A stretch of DNA of 64,000 nucleotides, from contig NC_134028.1 of NCBI RefSeq assembly GCF_964204645.1, forward strand, positions 26,346,345-26,410,344. Reading direction: 5' to 3'. A model generated the notes under the pieces. The model had not been told where the DNA came from, did not search any database, and was given only the letters and a program-made list of their open reading frames with translations. Below, in pieces: positions 13,401-28,400 of the stretch (position 1 is the stretch's first letter; each line of letters opens with the position of its first letter). The stretch comes from Tubulanus polymorphus. Lineage: Eukaryota > Animalia > Nemertea. Position numbers and translations under genes: made by a program.

Positions 13401-16400
13401 AGGGTTGGTTAGATGACTGATTGAGTAGAGTGACGTGAACCCAAGGACGATACTTTGATATATTTATTGATTTCTATTGAGCGGGAGGCATCATTACTGA
13501 GACTGACTGATGAGTGTGCAAATCTCTCATACATCACTATCCTCCTTCATAGGAGCTGCCCTATGTACGGTTCTTACTATTAGAACCGCCCTGCTACACA
13601 TGGTTCTTACTCCTTGACAATAGGAGCTGCCCTACATATGGTTTTTACTCCTACACTATGGGAGCTGCACTAGGTGTGGCCGACTCATACACTAAAGTAG
13701 CTTCCCAAGGTGTGGCCCTTAGGAGCTATCCTGGGTAAATTTGAACCATGCGTCAAGTCAAGGTTGAAGATTTCAAGTCAGTTTTTCCCGAAGGATTTGA
13801 AAAGCAAATATCTAATTTCAATTTTACCTCCTACAAGAAAGCCACGACAGTTCAAGGATGTATCTATTAGAGGAAGTACACGCCCACAGGACATGTATTC
13901 ATTAGTTCCGCAATTCAACTTATCTCTTATTATTCATGAGTGAAGCAGTTTTTCTACATAACAGTGTTAAACTTCCTGTGTGAAGTCATGTGATTGCTTT
14001 TGTTATCTCTATCCTTAAAATGTTATATTTTATCCCCCTGTCTTTATTGTACTTAATCTTATAATGTTTAACTACGTTACGGAACAATAAAGAATTAATT
14101 GAATTGAATTGAATTGTGTACGCAGTTCTAGAAGACAACAGTAAGCACGCAAGCGCTTGTAACATCTATAGGGTGAGCCCAGTCGTTAAGGGGTGTATAC
14201 AGCAGGGCCGCAGCCAGGGGACAATTTTGAAGAACTTGTCACGTTCTGCAAAGACACATTGGTGTCAAAACTTTAAACTGTACCCCTTTACTGGAGGGCT
14301 GATTGTAAAAGGCGCTTTACAATCGTCGGAAAAGGCAATATTAGGCGTACTCCTGAACTGAAATGCACCAATTATGGACAAAGGGCACTAAAGAAATTGG
14401 ATGGACTTGTACAAGTCATCCTGGATCGGCACGTGTACAGGACGTAATCCAACTAATAAACACCCACAACTTCCCTGCGCCAAACATACACGCAATCACG
14501 ATTGGCGTGATAATCAACACATGATATATACGAAATATACCGAGTACCAGGATTCATCGAATACCAGGATTTATCGACCCAAAAAAAAATATCGATTTCA
14601 AATGATGAATCGTAAATAGCGCGAAGCAGGTGAAATGAACGACGATCGGGTGAGTGGATATAACATAACACATTTCAACGTTTCCAACTAACACATAATT
14701 TGTGTCGCTCTTCGTGACTATAATAAATACACGCTTTTCACCGCGGTTTCATTTCATGTCCTCAAATCAATTATCAGTATTACATATAGTCATGTATTAT
14801 TAAACAAGAGTTGAGTAGACTCACGTGCGCATGACGTGCGCGGAGACAAAGCCTCCGTGCGCGCGTCGTCATTGTTATATCATCCTGAGGATGTTCTCTC
14901 GTCATCGTAAAACATCTACGATCAACGCTAGGCGACACAATTAACCGATTGATCATCGTGTCACGTTGGTTTTATCATATATTACATATAACGATACCTA
15001 TCGCTTAATATTTTCCAATTATGTACTTCGAATAAAAAAAAAAAATTCTGTTAACTCGACCGCCGATCACACAACTCGTTGGTTTTATCTACATATAACG
15101 ATACCTATCGCTTAATATTTCATGTAAAATGCATGAATTATGTATGAAAAACTACTTCTAGTACTAACCAGGTTTTCAAACAACTATGAATTCATTTTTT
15201 CCGCAAACGCTGTTCGCAATTCCTATAAAATGCATTAATAACATAACATAGAACGTAGCGCCGAGGAAAACAAGTTTTCAAAGAACTATTTATACATCGT
15301 TTCAGTTAAACGAAAACAGCTCGATATTTCGATATCGATTTCACGATATACGACAAAACACTCCGATTCTACGAAACAATCTTCAGAAGAACTCGCGACA
15401 TATTTCTTTTTCTCGGCAATTCCACAACAGTTTATTCAACTCCGACCTGATAAAACGATTGTTAGTAGAGTTACCATTCGAGTTGGACGGCCATTATTTC
15501 AATTTCTACCGATCGAGATCGAAAAGGTCGCAGCTAAATGAGCCATAATGGAACTTAAAGTAAAATGTTAACGTTAATAAATAGTAAACAGTATGGATGA
15601 ACTTTGAAGTGCGATGTAGTTGACAGTTGTATGACTGCAGTGCAGTTGGCACTAGCGGTATCACGCATCAATTCTAGAGTCAACTGGCGAAACAATTGAA
15701 AATCTATAATTTCAATTTCGTCGTAATATTTGCTGTTTCACGACGACATTTTCTCGCGAGGTTTTCGACAAATATTTATTTCTAATCAGTGACTATCGAA
15801 TTGCGTCGACTCTGACGTAAAATATCAGTCGACAAAATCAATGAGGATGCCTCTGAGGTTTCCACTCGTGGCAAGTGAGGATCCACCACGTTCACTAGTA
15901 GTTACTCGGTCTTCTACATTTCACTTAAATTGAATGAAGTGAACTAAAAACTAAACCAATCAGCGAGAGAAAAAATGAATTCGATGAATATATATATATA
16001 TATATATATGTATATCTCACCCTCCCCCAATCAATGGACAGCAACAAATCGACCGATTCACTGAGTAAGTTCGTAGACAGGTCATTGGAAAATTCAATGT
16101 GTCTACACCCTACACCACCTTCAGTTCAAATTCCTTGCGGTCTTTCCTGAGAACAGTTTATTTTCTGAGGAATGTCATTAAAAAGGCACTAGAAATACTT
16201 CCCTAAAGAGAAGTGATTCTCGTTCTCTGATAAGACATATTGACGTCTCAGAACGTTCACGGTGCAAACAGTTTCACATCATAAAACACGAAGAAACCTG
16301 GTGCAGTTAGTGATAATAAACCCAGTTCAATCTCACTGATATATTTGGTCCATTCACATGGAAAAGTCTGTTCCAGCCGTACTAATAAATCTAGTCTAGT

Positions 16401-19400
16401 CGCTAAACTCGGTCCAGTCACAGATATAGACATGGTCTAGTTGAGATAAACCTACTCCAGTTGGTCACAATGAAACCAGGTCCAGTCAGTCAGAAGAGGC
16501 AAACCTGGTCCAGTCAGTCAGTAGATGTAACCCTGGTCCAGTCAGTCAAAGATAAACCTGGTCCAGTCAGTCAGAGATAAACCTGGTCCAGTTAGTCAGA
16601 GATAAACCTGGTCCAGTTAGTCCGAGGTAACCCTGGTCCAGTCAGTCAGAGATAAACCTGGTCCAGTTAGTCAGAGATAAACCTGGTCCAGTCAGTCAGA
16701 GATAAACCTGGTCCAGTTAGTCAGAGATAAACCTGGTCCAGTCAGTCAGAGATAAACCTGGTCCAGTTAGTCAGAGATAAACCTGGTCCAGTTAGTCAGA
16801 GATAAACCTGGTCCAGTTAGTCAGAGATAAACCTGGTCCAGTCAGTCAGAGATAAACCTGGTCCAGTCAGTCAGAGATAAACCTGGTCCAGTTAGTCAGA
16901 GATAAACCTGGTCCAGTCAGTCAGAGATAAACCTGGTCCAGTTAGTCAGAGATAAACCTGGTCCAGTTAGTCAGAGATAAACCTGGTCCAGTTAGTCAGA
17001 GATAAACCTGGTCCAGTCAGTCCGAGATAAACCTGGTCCAGTTAGTCAGAGATAAACCTGGTCCAGTTAGTCAGAGATAAACCTGGTCCAGTCAGTCAGA
17101 GATAAACCTGGTCCAGTCAGTCAGACGCGACTCGCTGAAATCAACACTTACATGTTTCTATCTCGTGTGCAGGAATCATACATGTTTTCGCCGATGTCAG
17201 AATATCATGATTACGGGGCACGCAGAGCGGTCGCGGTACGGCTACGACGTTCTGAGGTGACATATAAACCGGTGCGTGATGAGACGGGTGATAGAACCCG
17301 GTGTGGTATCCCGGCGAAAAGTAATAATACCCGGCAGCGGCAGCAGCAGCAGCAGCGGCGGCTGAGTTCGCGGCAGCAGCTGAAGAGTAACACCAATCAG
17401 ATGATGGTTTCGAATGATAAAACACGGTCAGTTCGACATCGACTCCCGTTAAATCGATGTAGATACTGTTGTCGTTTGTTGTATCCTCGTTATTCGACCG
17501 TTTTGACGTGATTGTGAATATCTGCGACTCTCCTCCGTGTTTCTCTCCGTGTTTCTCTCCGTGTTTCTCGCCGTGTTTCTCTCCGTGTTTCTCGCCGTGT
17601 TTCTCTCCGTGTTTCTCGCCGCGCGCAGCTGAATTCCGACGTTGCTGTTGTTTACTTGTTTTACGGTTCATTTTGCGATCGATCAGACGCGATTTCGACG
17701 CCGGAACGTCCAGTTTCGCATCCGTAACCACGTTGTTACTATTACCACCGCCGGCGTCCGAAACGGTCGACGAAGTTTCCGAGGACGGAAGCTCGTCCGA
17801 GTCGACCGACGACGAACGCGACGACGAGGAAACTAACGACGAGGACGACGACGACGTTTCATCATTCGTCTTCTCTTCTTCCTCGGCGAAAAATGCTTCG
17901 TCGTCGTTGAATTCGATTAAGTCGAATTTTTTATGATTTGAAAGCGGGAACCACGGCGCGCCGGGTGTCATGGCCGCCGCCGCGAAACAGTCCGGACAGT
18001 CGAGCTGCGCGCATCGATACTGCGTCAACGAACAGCCGGTCGCGAATTTCACTAAACTGCGTAATTCTGTTTTGCGGAATCGTTGCACGGCAGCGGCGTC
18101 GGCGTACGAACTATCGGACTCGACCGGCGACGACGAATCGGCGCTCGACACGAGCGACGAAGATTCCGAATCATCGACGACGCTCTCGACCGAATCGGAT
18201 TTCACGACCGTCGAACTGGTGGCGCCACCGCTGCGTAGATCGTTACAAATAAGATGGACGTTATTTGCGCATGTGACGAACACGTTGTTGTTGTTATTGT
18301 TTCTATATTGTTGATGTAACGGATGAAAGTACGATATTCTCGCGTTATTCAACATTCTCTGATGATGGTCGCAGTTCGCGTCGTTCAGATTCAGCGTCAA
18401 ACCGCGTTGAAATTCTTTCCAGTGCGCTTTCTCGATCGCTGAAATCATACTGTGGAAATTCTTGCGATTGCGTCTCTGCGGCGCTCCCCCTCCGCGCCGT
18501 TGATGATGATGGTTATCGCCGTGGTATCCGCCGCGGTTTTGATGGTGTCGATTGCGCGTATTCGCCGGGCTGTCGTCCCTCGCGCCGCCGCCATCTTGTT
18601 CGGCGTCGTCTTTCCACGCGCGTGAACCTCGGCGTCGATTCATCGTAGCTTTCAACGAATCGGATAGTTTGATCACGATCGGTGAATTCGTCCGCGTTTT
18701 CGATTGTTGCCGGTTAGACGCGGTCGCCGTCGACGACGACCCGTTCTTCTTACGGTTTTTACCGTGGCGTTTATTTTTCGGCGGTGAACACTTGCGTCGT
18801 TCGATGCGACAATCCTCGCACGACGCCGACATTCCTTCGAGACGTTTCAGGAAGTTCTCTTCGCTGACCACCTCCAGATTACCGACCGATATTTCGGCGG
18901 TCGATTTCTTTTTAACGACCATCATTATATTTGGTGAAAAAAAGATCGAAAACTATTTTTGCGGATTTGATTTCTTGCTTTATAAAATGCTGTTTACTAC
19001 TAATCTGCAGTCATCGTTTCACTCGTCGACGTGACACAAATTCCTTCACAAAATCTGCAAAATAACAAAAATAGAACGAATATTAAAACCAACGCATATA
19101 CATTAATTCCATCAACGGTTTGCCCGAGGAATCCGGGGTGCCCGGAGATTCCCTGGTACCCAAGGAATCCGGGATGCCCGGAGATTCCCTGGCGCCCAAG
19201 GATTCCGGGGTGCCCAGAGATTCCCAGATGATCTGCCAGGATTTTCGGTTTTGGAAGCATATAACATAATATACAGAACTGATGCATGGTTCGCTATTTC
19301 CAGGGACTGAAATTCAGTGCAAAATAGTCGACTAACACCAATAACTGGAAGTTTACCCCGGGAGCCAGTTCAACAGTTCACTCTACGTAACGAACTCACT

Positions 19401-22400
19401 ATCAAAACTCAAACCATGGACTCTAAAATGTGATTTGTTTTCGTTCCCTGAAAGTGTGGTGGGGTTTATAAGGGACACCCAAAACAAATCAAACGATATC
19501 TATCAAATAAATAACGGGTCAATTTAAAGATTCAAAAACTATTTAATTCGTTTTAGAGTCGATGATGCAAATCTACTATGGGTTCCAGTATTACGTGGAA
19601 TTTGGCAGTAAATAGAGTAAGAACATCGATGAATTGGCTCCAGTGTTGTATTCACGATAATAATTACGTTTATGTTGGCAACGTTTTGATACCTCAAAAT
19701 ATTTTAGGCAATTATCCAGACATCGATAACTGCACCTAGCAACAGTAGACAGAGGTGGAAAACATGTCGCTAAATCGCGTTATTCCATTAAACTGCTAAA
19801 AATTTTATGATGACTCAATAATTCGCGCCCTGATTTTAACGTATAATGTAAATCCGAGTGTCAAACACGCGAGTAAAATATCAACCCGCAAAACGCATGC
19901 TTTAGAGTAGAGAGAGAGAGAGAGAGTCTAATTAAATTACTAAATCCCTGATGACATGTTGACTGAACCACACAAGCTAATTCAAGTAGAAACTGTTATT
20001 TCAATAAGATATCATTAACAACGGATTAATTTCGGGTGACAACTCTACAAACCGTAACACATTGTTGTGTAACACGTAGTAGCACGCTCAACCTGGAACT
20101 GCGCAGATCACATATATATATATAAATATAATCCTGCCACGTGTTCATACAGTAATGTATTACTAAATACAGGTGATTTATTCTATGAGATATATATTTG
20201 TATAAATAAAATCAGTCAAGTTTGACCATAAAGTTGTGGACCAAGTTATATAGTTATTGGTTAAGTTTGACCCTTAACCTAAGGACCTAATCAGTCCTGC
20301 AATTCCTGGTTAAGTTAAGGATCCTGCAATTCCTGGTTAAGTTAAGGATCTAGTCCTCGAGTTCCTTGTTAAGTTTGACTCTTAAGTTAAGCGCAGATTC
20401 CTACCATTTCTGATAATATGTAAGCCTATCTGGACTAGAGTTTCACAGTTTTATTTCAACGCAGTCGCGAAGTTCGGTAGTAAAGTCAAATTCAACAGGC
20501 TCAGATGCAGGTTATTAGCAAAGCGCCCTTCGCCGCCCATCAACCCCCCCCCCTCACCTGAGCATTTAATGTAGCTGTACCAGGCAGGTAGGCGACTTTA
20601 AATGTAATAAGGATTAGATGAATTCAATTTGGAACTTGTTGTCCAATCTAATATGAACACATATTAAAATACTGAGGGCACGGCGTTACAGGAGGCGATG
20701 GTATTCTATTTCATCGTAGTCACTAACATCAAAAATGCTAATTTCTTTTATACAGCGTTTCAAATTCTAATCACGTTCTATAACGTATGTGTAAGGAAAA
20801 GAGTATAGAAAGCACCACTGAATGATCCATACAACTCTATCAGCCGCTGTCACTAGCCCCGCAATGAATAAAATATCTCACTTTTTCCCCGGATCAAACA
20901 GATATTTTACCCCGGAGGAGCAACAGATGCTGCTGGCGCACTAACTTCACTACAAACATCGTAAACTACATTCGAAAATATACCGAGCACGAAATGAATG
21001 AATTATGAATGAATAAATGATTGTGATTGTTGTTTGTTTGGTGACAGGTTGACTGGTCTCGGTAACCATCAAACAAGATACTACTGATTACATACTATAG
21101 TAGAGTATAATACAATGTGAGTTAGGCTCAACGTATATACATATAACACAGGGAAACATAGAAACAAGAAACATGTTTCTAAAACGTTTCCCTGTATTCT
21201 GTATGTTTACGAGAAACATTGTTTCGGGAAACAATGTTTCCAAGATCGAACATGTTTGTTATTGAACGTGTTTCTGTGATCCGATGTTTCTTTGAATTTT
21301 CATAAAGATTGGTTATGACTTTATCTAATTAACTTTATCTCGTTAATGAAAAGGGCAACCTCAACGGGAAATCAGACCATCCCCTGGATCCATCCCTGTG
21401 ACTATAGGTCGCTTCGAGCTTTCAATGAGGATAATTCAAACCCCTTTTAAACTGATAGTTGCTAATGAAACTCGAGTCTTATCTCTGGAGGTCGCATCGA
21501 ATTCTCATTTCAACAGGTTTATAATAACAATCCCCCTACCTTCGATAATTAATACACGCCCAGATACACAGCTAGATTAGTAATCAGGAACCTGCTGATT
21601 CTGTAAATTAAAAACCACTGGATAATAATTCATATTTTGCAGCAATGTAATAATGTATCGACAGCTATCGGAGGCCTCTGAATTCAACCATCGTAAATAT
21701 GTAATTCTTATCAATAAACTTAACACTCTCCGATTACAAGTGAAATGTCTAATAAAACATTCAGACTCGATAATCTCGCGACATTCAGACTCGATGATCT
21801 CGAGGTTACGAGTTGATTCCTGCAATAAACCGTACACTGAAATCATCGCATTCATAATCCTCGTATGAGCGGTTTTAACCCGGGGCCAAGTGTGGCCCGT
21901 GCTGCGTTACACCAGGGCCAAAAACATTCAAACCCAGGCCAAATTGGTCCATGACTGTTTTATGACATGGCCACCGGATTAAATAGTTTACCCGCGCCCT
22001 GTCTGGCACAGGCATATACACCGTCCTTAAAACAAGGTTCCACCGTATCCAAAAATAACGCCATGTCTGAATATATGACCTCTAATAAATGATAGCTTAG
22101 TTACCTTCATAAAAATGCACTGATAATTAATTCCCAATGGTTGTATACGGGTTCACAATGAGCCGAGATGCAGATATTCCTGATATAAGAGAGAGTAAGT
22201 CTACAGTTTGTTAGATATTACGCATACATTCCGATGACAACATTCGTTCACTCCTAAAATTCCTAGTAATGAACCCCTCACACGCTGTGGTTACTGTTTA
22301 CCACCGACGCTTATAGATATTAGTAGATCGATCAATTCTTCCTCGAAGGCAGTCCAGATACTGACTGTATTTGACTATACACCGCAACAGTAAAAATACT

Positions 22401-25400
22401 TGGCATTCGTTTTTTTTTTCTCGAACAAGTTTTATTCAACCGATTGTTCGTTTCGTAGCAGTCACAGTTCTCTATTATTCCGCTGTTTTTCGCGCTCTGA
22501 TTTATTAATACTCTGTTTTTCTAAGAATGCAGTGGACGCGGTAGAGTGGTCTTCTGTTGTTCACACGCTACAAACCCTTTTCAAATCGATGTCTCTGTTG
22601 ACTATACTATTGATCTAGGAGACCGTTTTGTATAAACAACCAGTAAATAAAATCAGTATTGAGAAAAAATTATGATATTTTAGACAATGATTGACTACGA
22701 AAATATCGTATTTTTAATGATAGTCAATTCTGCTTATATAACATGACTCCGAACCCTACCCAGATACTGCGGGCTCAAACTATCACAGAAGACTTTAAAC
22801 GGACTCAAATTATTTAGGCCCGATGCCCCAAACTGACCCCAACTATGAACTTGCATCGGCCGTTGTAAAACTACACTGAAATTACCTCATCGTTCTAATA
22901 ATTTGTGTGTCTCTATTGCACTGAATGTCTGTTCATAGAAATATCTCATTAAAAAATGTAATACACACAAACGAAATTCACAGAAGCTATTGGTGCCACT
23001 GTGTGTACATATATGGAGACAAAGACTGCTCGACTACTAATAACAGAAAATTAGATTTTACTGTTCTACTAACACTGTCAACTTCCCTACACACTGTCAA
23101 ACATCCTCATTCATACAACACGTTTTGCTCTAATTTCTATTTGTGGAATTTAATTTTCTACATGATGCCATACAACTGACAGCTCGCCTTATGTGAACTC
23201 TAAAAACCTGCGGAGATCAAACTGTCTTAACTAAAGAATTACTAGACTTTTTGACTAGTATATTATGAGTGGATACAGTCAACCCTTGATATACTCCACT
23301 CACATCAAGTTAATAAGGATTTTGGCGAGTTCTAAGTCAAAATGACGATTTTCCATTCTCAGGTACCTGGATTTTTGTGAAAGGGAGATGGGTCCTGCCA
23401 CTGACCTTCGCACCCAGATGAACTGGCCCCGCAGGAAGTGACTAATGCTAACACATCAATTCAAACATTAAACCAGTCACAACTATTGTCAGGAATTTGG
23501 CCGGACTTCGGGCTCGAATCAAATCAATTCTAAAACTTCACAATCGAAATGACACATTCTTTTTTAACTCTATTGAGTTTTTATGTCGTCAAATTCGTTT
23601 CAAATCTCATTGAAATTTCCTTTGGCCAAAATGACGAAATGACTGGTAAGAGACTGATTCCCGTGAATTTAAAGACTGATTCCACCCCTCCCTACAAACA
23701 GCATAGCTCAACGACCACAATGAAAAGTATACCAAGCGCACAGCAATCAGACCCTATTTTAGACATGCCTGTCTCAAAATCAGTATAACACTTGAATAGG
23801 TCTGAATGAGATTTGTTATATTGTGATCCAATATAAAATACAGGACAACATCAGGTCACGTATATAATAGTCGAATATTGTCCATAAACCAGAACAGAAT
23901 TCTGACTTAATCACATGAGCGTTACTTGCTGCTCCATTCGGAAAAAGGACAAGTGATTTGTACTTGATGTTTTATCAATGTCAACCGTTGTGTTAAACAT
24001 GTGTTAACTATTTATATTAATTCAATCCATTTACAGAATAATGAATAATAGTCAAGAAATCAATATGGAAATCTTATGGAAATTCATAATCCATCATTAA
24101 GTATGATTATAATTCTAATTTTATTCTAATGTCTATTCAGCCGGGTGGTAATTATCACTCACAAATATCATGAAAGCGGAATGCAGGGAGGGTTGATAGG
24201 AGGTTCACCGAAATAGGGCGAGGTTAAAAATGTTTTATGCATCCGATCTGTGAGCAGCTTACTAACCGAAGGCACCTGCCGAGAACGCACCTACCTCCCC
24301 AGGACGAGAGCGGATATCGAAATAGTTAAATATGGAAATCGCATCCAACGTTCAGAGTAGAAAATAGAGAATTTCAGGTCTAAATCGAAACACTGAGGAT
24401 CGTGTCTTAAATCGATCTAACGAAAACAACAAAATAATCTAAAATACTTTTTCTGCATTTCTCTGCGAAGCGATCCAATCTTAGCTCGATGTTGCGCTAT
24501 ATAAACTCCATTATTGGGTCTGACATTATGAATTTTGTTTCAACATTTCAAATTTGTAAATATAGCAGGTTTTAATCATATCATTGTCAGGGTGCAGGCT
24601 ACTTTTATTTCGCTTGCTTTTCCCCCTAACGTTGTTTTCCTTGATCTGCTCCAAATCCAATCAATAAACACAGTGAAATACGTAAGATATAGACTGATAC
24701 TGTTTGATTTTACGCGCAATCTCCCTGAATTATAGCCTTTTTTTTACAAAATTCCCCGATTTATGAAAAAAAATAAAATTCCCCGATTTTTCCTTGATTT
24801 CCAGTTCAGTGGCGCCACCCCGATTTTGACCCGATTTCGGGTAAAATAATTGTCCATGCAGCCTGAAGCGAGCAAACGAGATCTCAAGAAGACATCTCAG
24901 CGGTCGACCGGTTCCATATTTATAAAAATACCGGTATTTCTGTGAAAATCTGTCAACATCATCAGATACAAGGTCACAGTATGCAGCGTTTTAATAGCTG
25001 TTCAAATATTTGCTATCCGACACTATTTCTGCATTAACCGTTTACTTATCTGAAATTCAGGTCAAACTTAAGGATAAAATAGTTTGATACGCGTGAAATA
25101 CCACGTAACTCCTCAATTTCAATAGAAGGCTCGCTCGTACCTGGAACGGACCATTTTAGAATCGAACACACGTCCTAAAATACGTAGCACGCCTGGTCCT
25201 GCTGGATGCAAGGCAGCAATTGAGTAAAGTTTCAATTCAAGCACGAAAAGGTAGCCTGTAGTTAAATTCAGAAAAGATTCTGGGTGATCGAAATCAGTCC
25301 ATCAATCCATAGCGCGGACTTTGCCTAATTAAACAGCACGTTCACATGTAAACCAATCAATGCTTTAACAAAGTCATTTCCACAACCAGTTGCAATTCAC

Positions 25401-28400
25401 ACGCAATCATTTGACTCGTACTCAAATTTGGCTCTGGTCTGGTCCAATGTGTTTGGTCGGGGCCAAACAGGCACGGGCCCATTTGGCAAGCGTGTGAACA
25501 GTTACCCTGGACCAAATTCGGCACGGGCCGAAAAAGGCATCGCGAGATCACGGCTGTTGTTAATCAGGATATGGTAAAACAAATGTTCTATTCAATAAAG
25601 AGGATCGTCATTTCTCTGCGTACGAACGATATACAAAGGTTTATACAACCGACGAATTAAAGTCATCATAAAGTGACTTCTAAACAGTTATCAAACTGAA
25701 TACCGCCGCGCTCTGCTGCCGTGTCGCGTTGTCGCAGCAGTTCTATTGTAACGATCTATTGTTCTATTATAACGGTTAAGCCGATTAGACCCGACTGAGC
25801 GACATTTAACAATCGTCAAAATCCAAACAAAGACGGCAGCGTTACACGGCACAGCTCCGCTAGACGGCGCTGTCGTATACGTATCTATACGATTGGTCCA
25901 CGTGTGTTTGTACAGACGACCAGCTGGTACTTGACGACGACAAACGAACGGCAAAAAATAATCGATGATATTTTACTACGATGCAGTATCACTCACTGAG
26001 AGACCGACATACGCGCATTGTGTGAAAAATATGACTCAATAATTTGTCCAGGGACGAGATATAGATAATAAAAAACCTGTACGTAATAATAAATCTCTAA
26101 GTGTTAACACGGGGTCTGATCTGATCTGAGGGCTAGTCACAGCGTTAACACGGGGTCTGATCTGATCTGAGGGCTAGTCACAGCGTTAACACGGTGTCTG
26201 ATCTGATCTGAGGGCTAGTCACAGCGTTAACACGGGGTCTGATCTGATCTGAGGGCTAGTCACAGCGTTAACACGGGTCTGATCTTATCTGAGGGCTAGT
26301 CACAGCGTTAACACGAGGTCTGATCTGATCTGAGGGCTAGTTACAGCATTAACACGGGGTCTGATCTGATCTGAGGGCTAGTTACAGCGTTAACACGGGG
26401 TCTGATCTGATCTGAGGGCTAGTTACAGCGTTAACACGGGGTCTGATCTGATCTGAGGGCTAGTCACAGCGTTAACACGGGGTCTGATCTGATCTGAGGG
26501 CTAGTTACAGCGTTAACACGGGGTCTGATCTGATCTGAGGGCTAGTCACAGCGTTAACACGGGGTCTGATCTGATCTGAGCCCCCCGATATTTGGTATCT
26601 GGTGCTTCTTAATCCTGCAACATCTCCCTTCTGTCTCTCAGCATTCGAATGGCAGCTATAGGTATTTTTGTGCAAGTGATCACTGGTATCAGTGGAGAGT
26701 TCTATCATTGAAAACATGCAGTACAATTTCATAATTCTATCCCGAGACTTTCAAGGGTTCTAAGCAATCTCCACGAATTCACACTCTACTAATATGAATT
26801 TCAGCACACCTGTTTATATTTATAAACCTTACTTTAAAATTTTTTCAAACCTGATGAAATCGCGTTTTCGATAACTACCATCATCCCACCGCCCTGAGTC
26901 TGATGAAACTATTTCACCAGACAGATGAACATTTTTCTCAGCACGCGTCAGATCATTTTCATATATTAACCAACCGGGGGTGTCTCTTACAGACGCTGAT
27001 GATTTATATATTGTATAAAAGGTGTAACAGATTGTGTTACGGGATACACATAGAAGACATGTGCGATAGAAAACTTATACATTCTTGAGATATATACATA
27101 TAACCGGGCCATACCTTTCCCTATTTATATCCAAGCTGTTTCCCATGTAACTGACAAGTGTAATCGGCCACAAGAAAGATAGGCGTTTGTTTTTATGGAG
27201 TGAAATTTTTAAGACGAGAAAACTCCGTGACATATTTGAACCATGGTCAGAATAAGCCGTAAATAAAACACTAGGAGCATGTTACTGAATGCAGCTCTAA
27301 TCTAATAGTCAGTCGGTTCAACTAGAAATTTTAATGAAATTCTTCTTTTTTAACCGATTACTTTTTCTATATAAACATCCAGAATTCGGCAAAATTTGCT
27401 TCAATTCATGCAAGGTGCTGTAGCTGAAACAAGACAAAATGTATACTAAACCAATGTCATGCCCAAGGAAACTTTATGTTTCTACGGTTGGTTTGTTGGT
27501 TGGTTTTAACGGTTGTTTTTTGGTTCTATAAAGCACATTTCAAGCTAAAATAAGAAATATTGACAATTTCTTGAAAATGTCGATTCTTCATGATTTACCA
27601 TACAAGGTTTAGATACACAAAACCAGATCAAAAGACAATAGAATGACAGACTATTGTATTATGTGTAATACATGTCATAGCCTGACATTCGGATCATACT
27701 CAACGCAAGGCAGTGTGTTATAATAGTGCAATAAAGCTATAGTTCTAACGGACAATGACAGTAAAATAATCTATACAAAAAGATATGATCAGAAATCTTG
27801 TCATTTCAGTAATAACAGATGGTGTTTAATGTCATTGGAGTAAAAAATATACCACAATAGTATCAAAGCATAACTGATGAATTCACGCATTCGCCATACC
27901 CCACCCTTACCCCCCCCTCAAAACCATGTTTCTTGATCCTCGTGACCGCACACAGGCGAATGCTTGGAAACATGTTTCTGTCTCCTGTTTCCCCGCGCTG
28001 TTGGGCTTGAAACCATACGACACGGGGAAACATGAAAAAACAGAAATCCCACAAGGCTTTCATACCAGATTCAATACATCCCTGACGCGAGTGGATAAAT
28101 GAGAAAATTGACTCCATTTTCATTTTTTTAGAGATAACCAGAATGATCAAATTGACTTTGACATGGTCGTGTTGATGAGACGACGACGCCGATGATGATG
28201 ATGATGATATTAATAATGTGCGATAATGAATTTAAAATACTGACAGTGACTATTGGGTTGTCCATGGAGACATCAATATATCGAGCCCAACAGACGCTGT
28301 AGCTGGTGTTAAAACCGATACCACACAGTTACCTAGATAGATAGAACGGTGGTGTTATACATGCCTTTATATTTACACTAAATATTCTGTAAGTCGCAAA

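Noticed and set aside
17152-19034. Plus-strand ORFs overlapping the 594-codon ORF
   Set aside because: Antisense shadows of a GC-rich coding region.
26103-26580. Possible CRISPR array (41-bp units)
   Set aside because: Head-to-tail units with no unique spacers.
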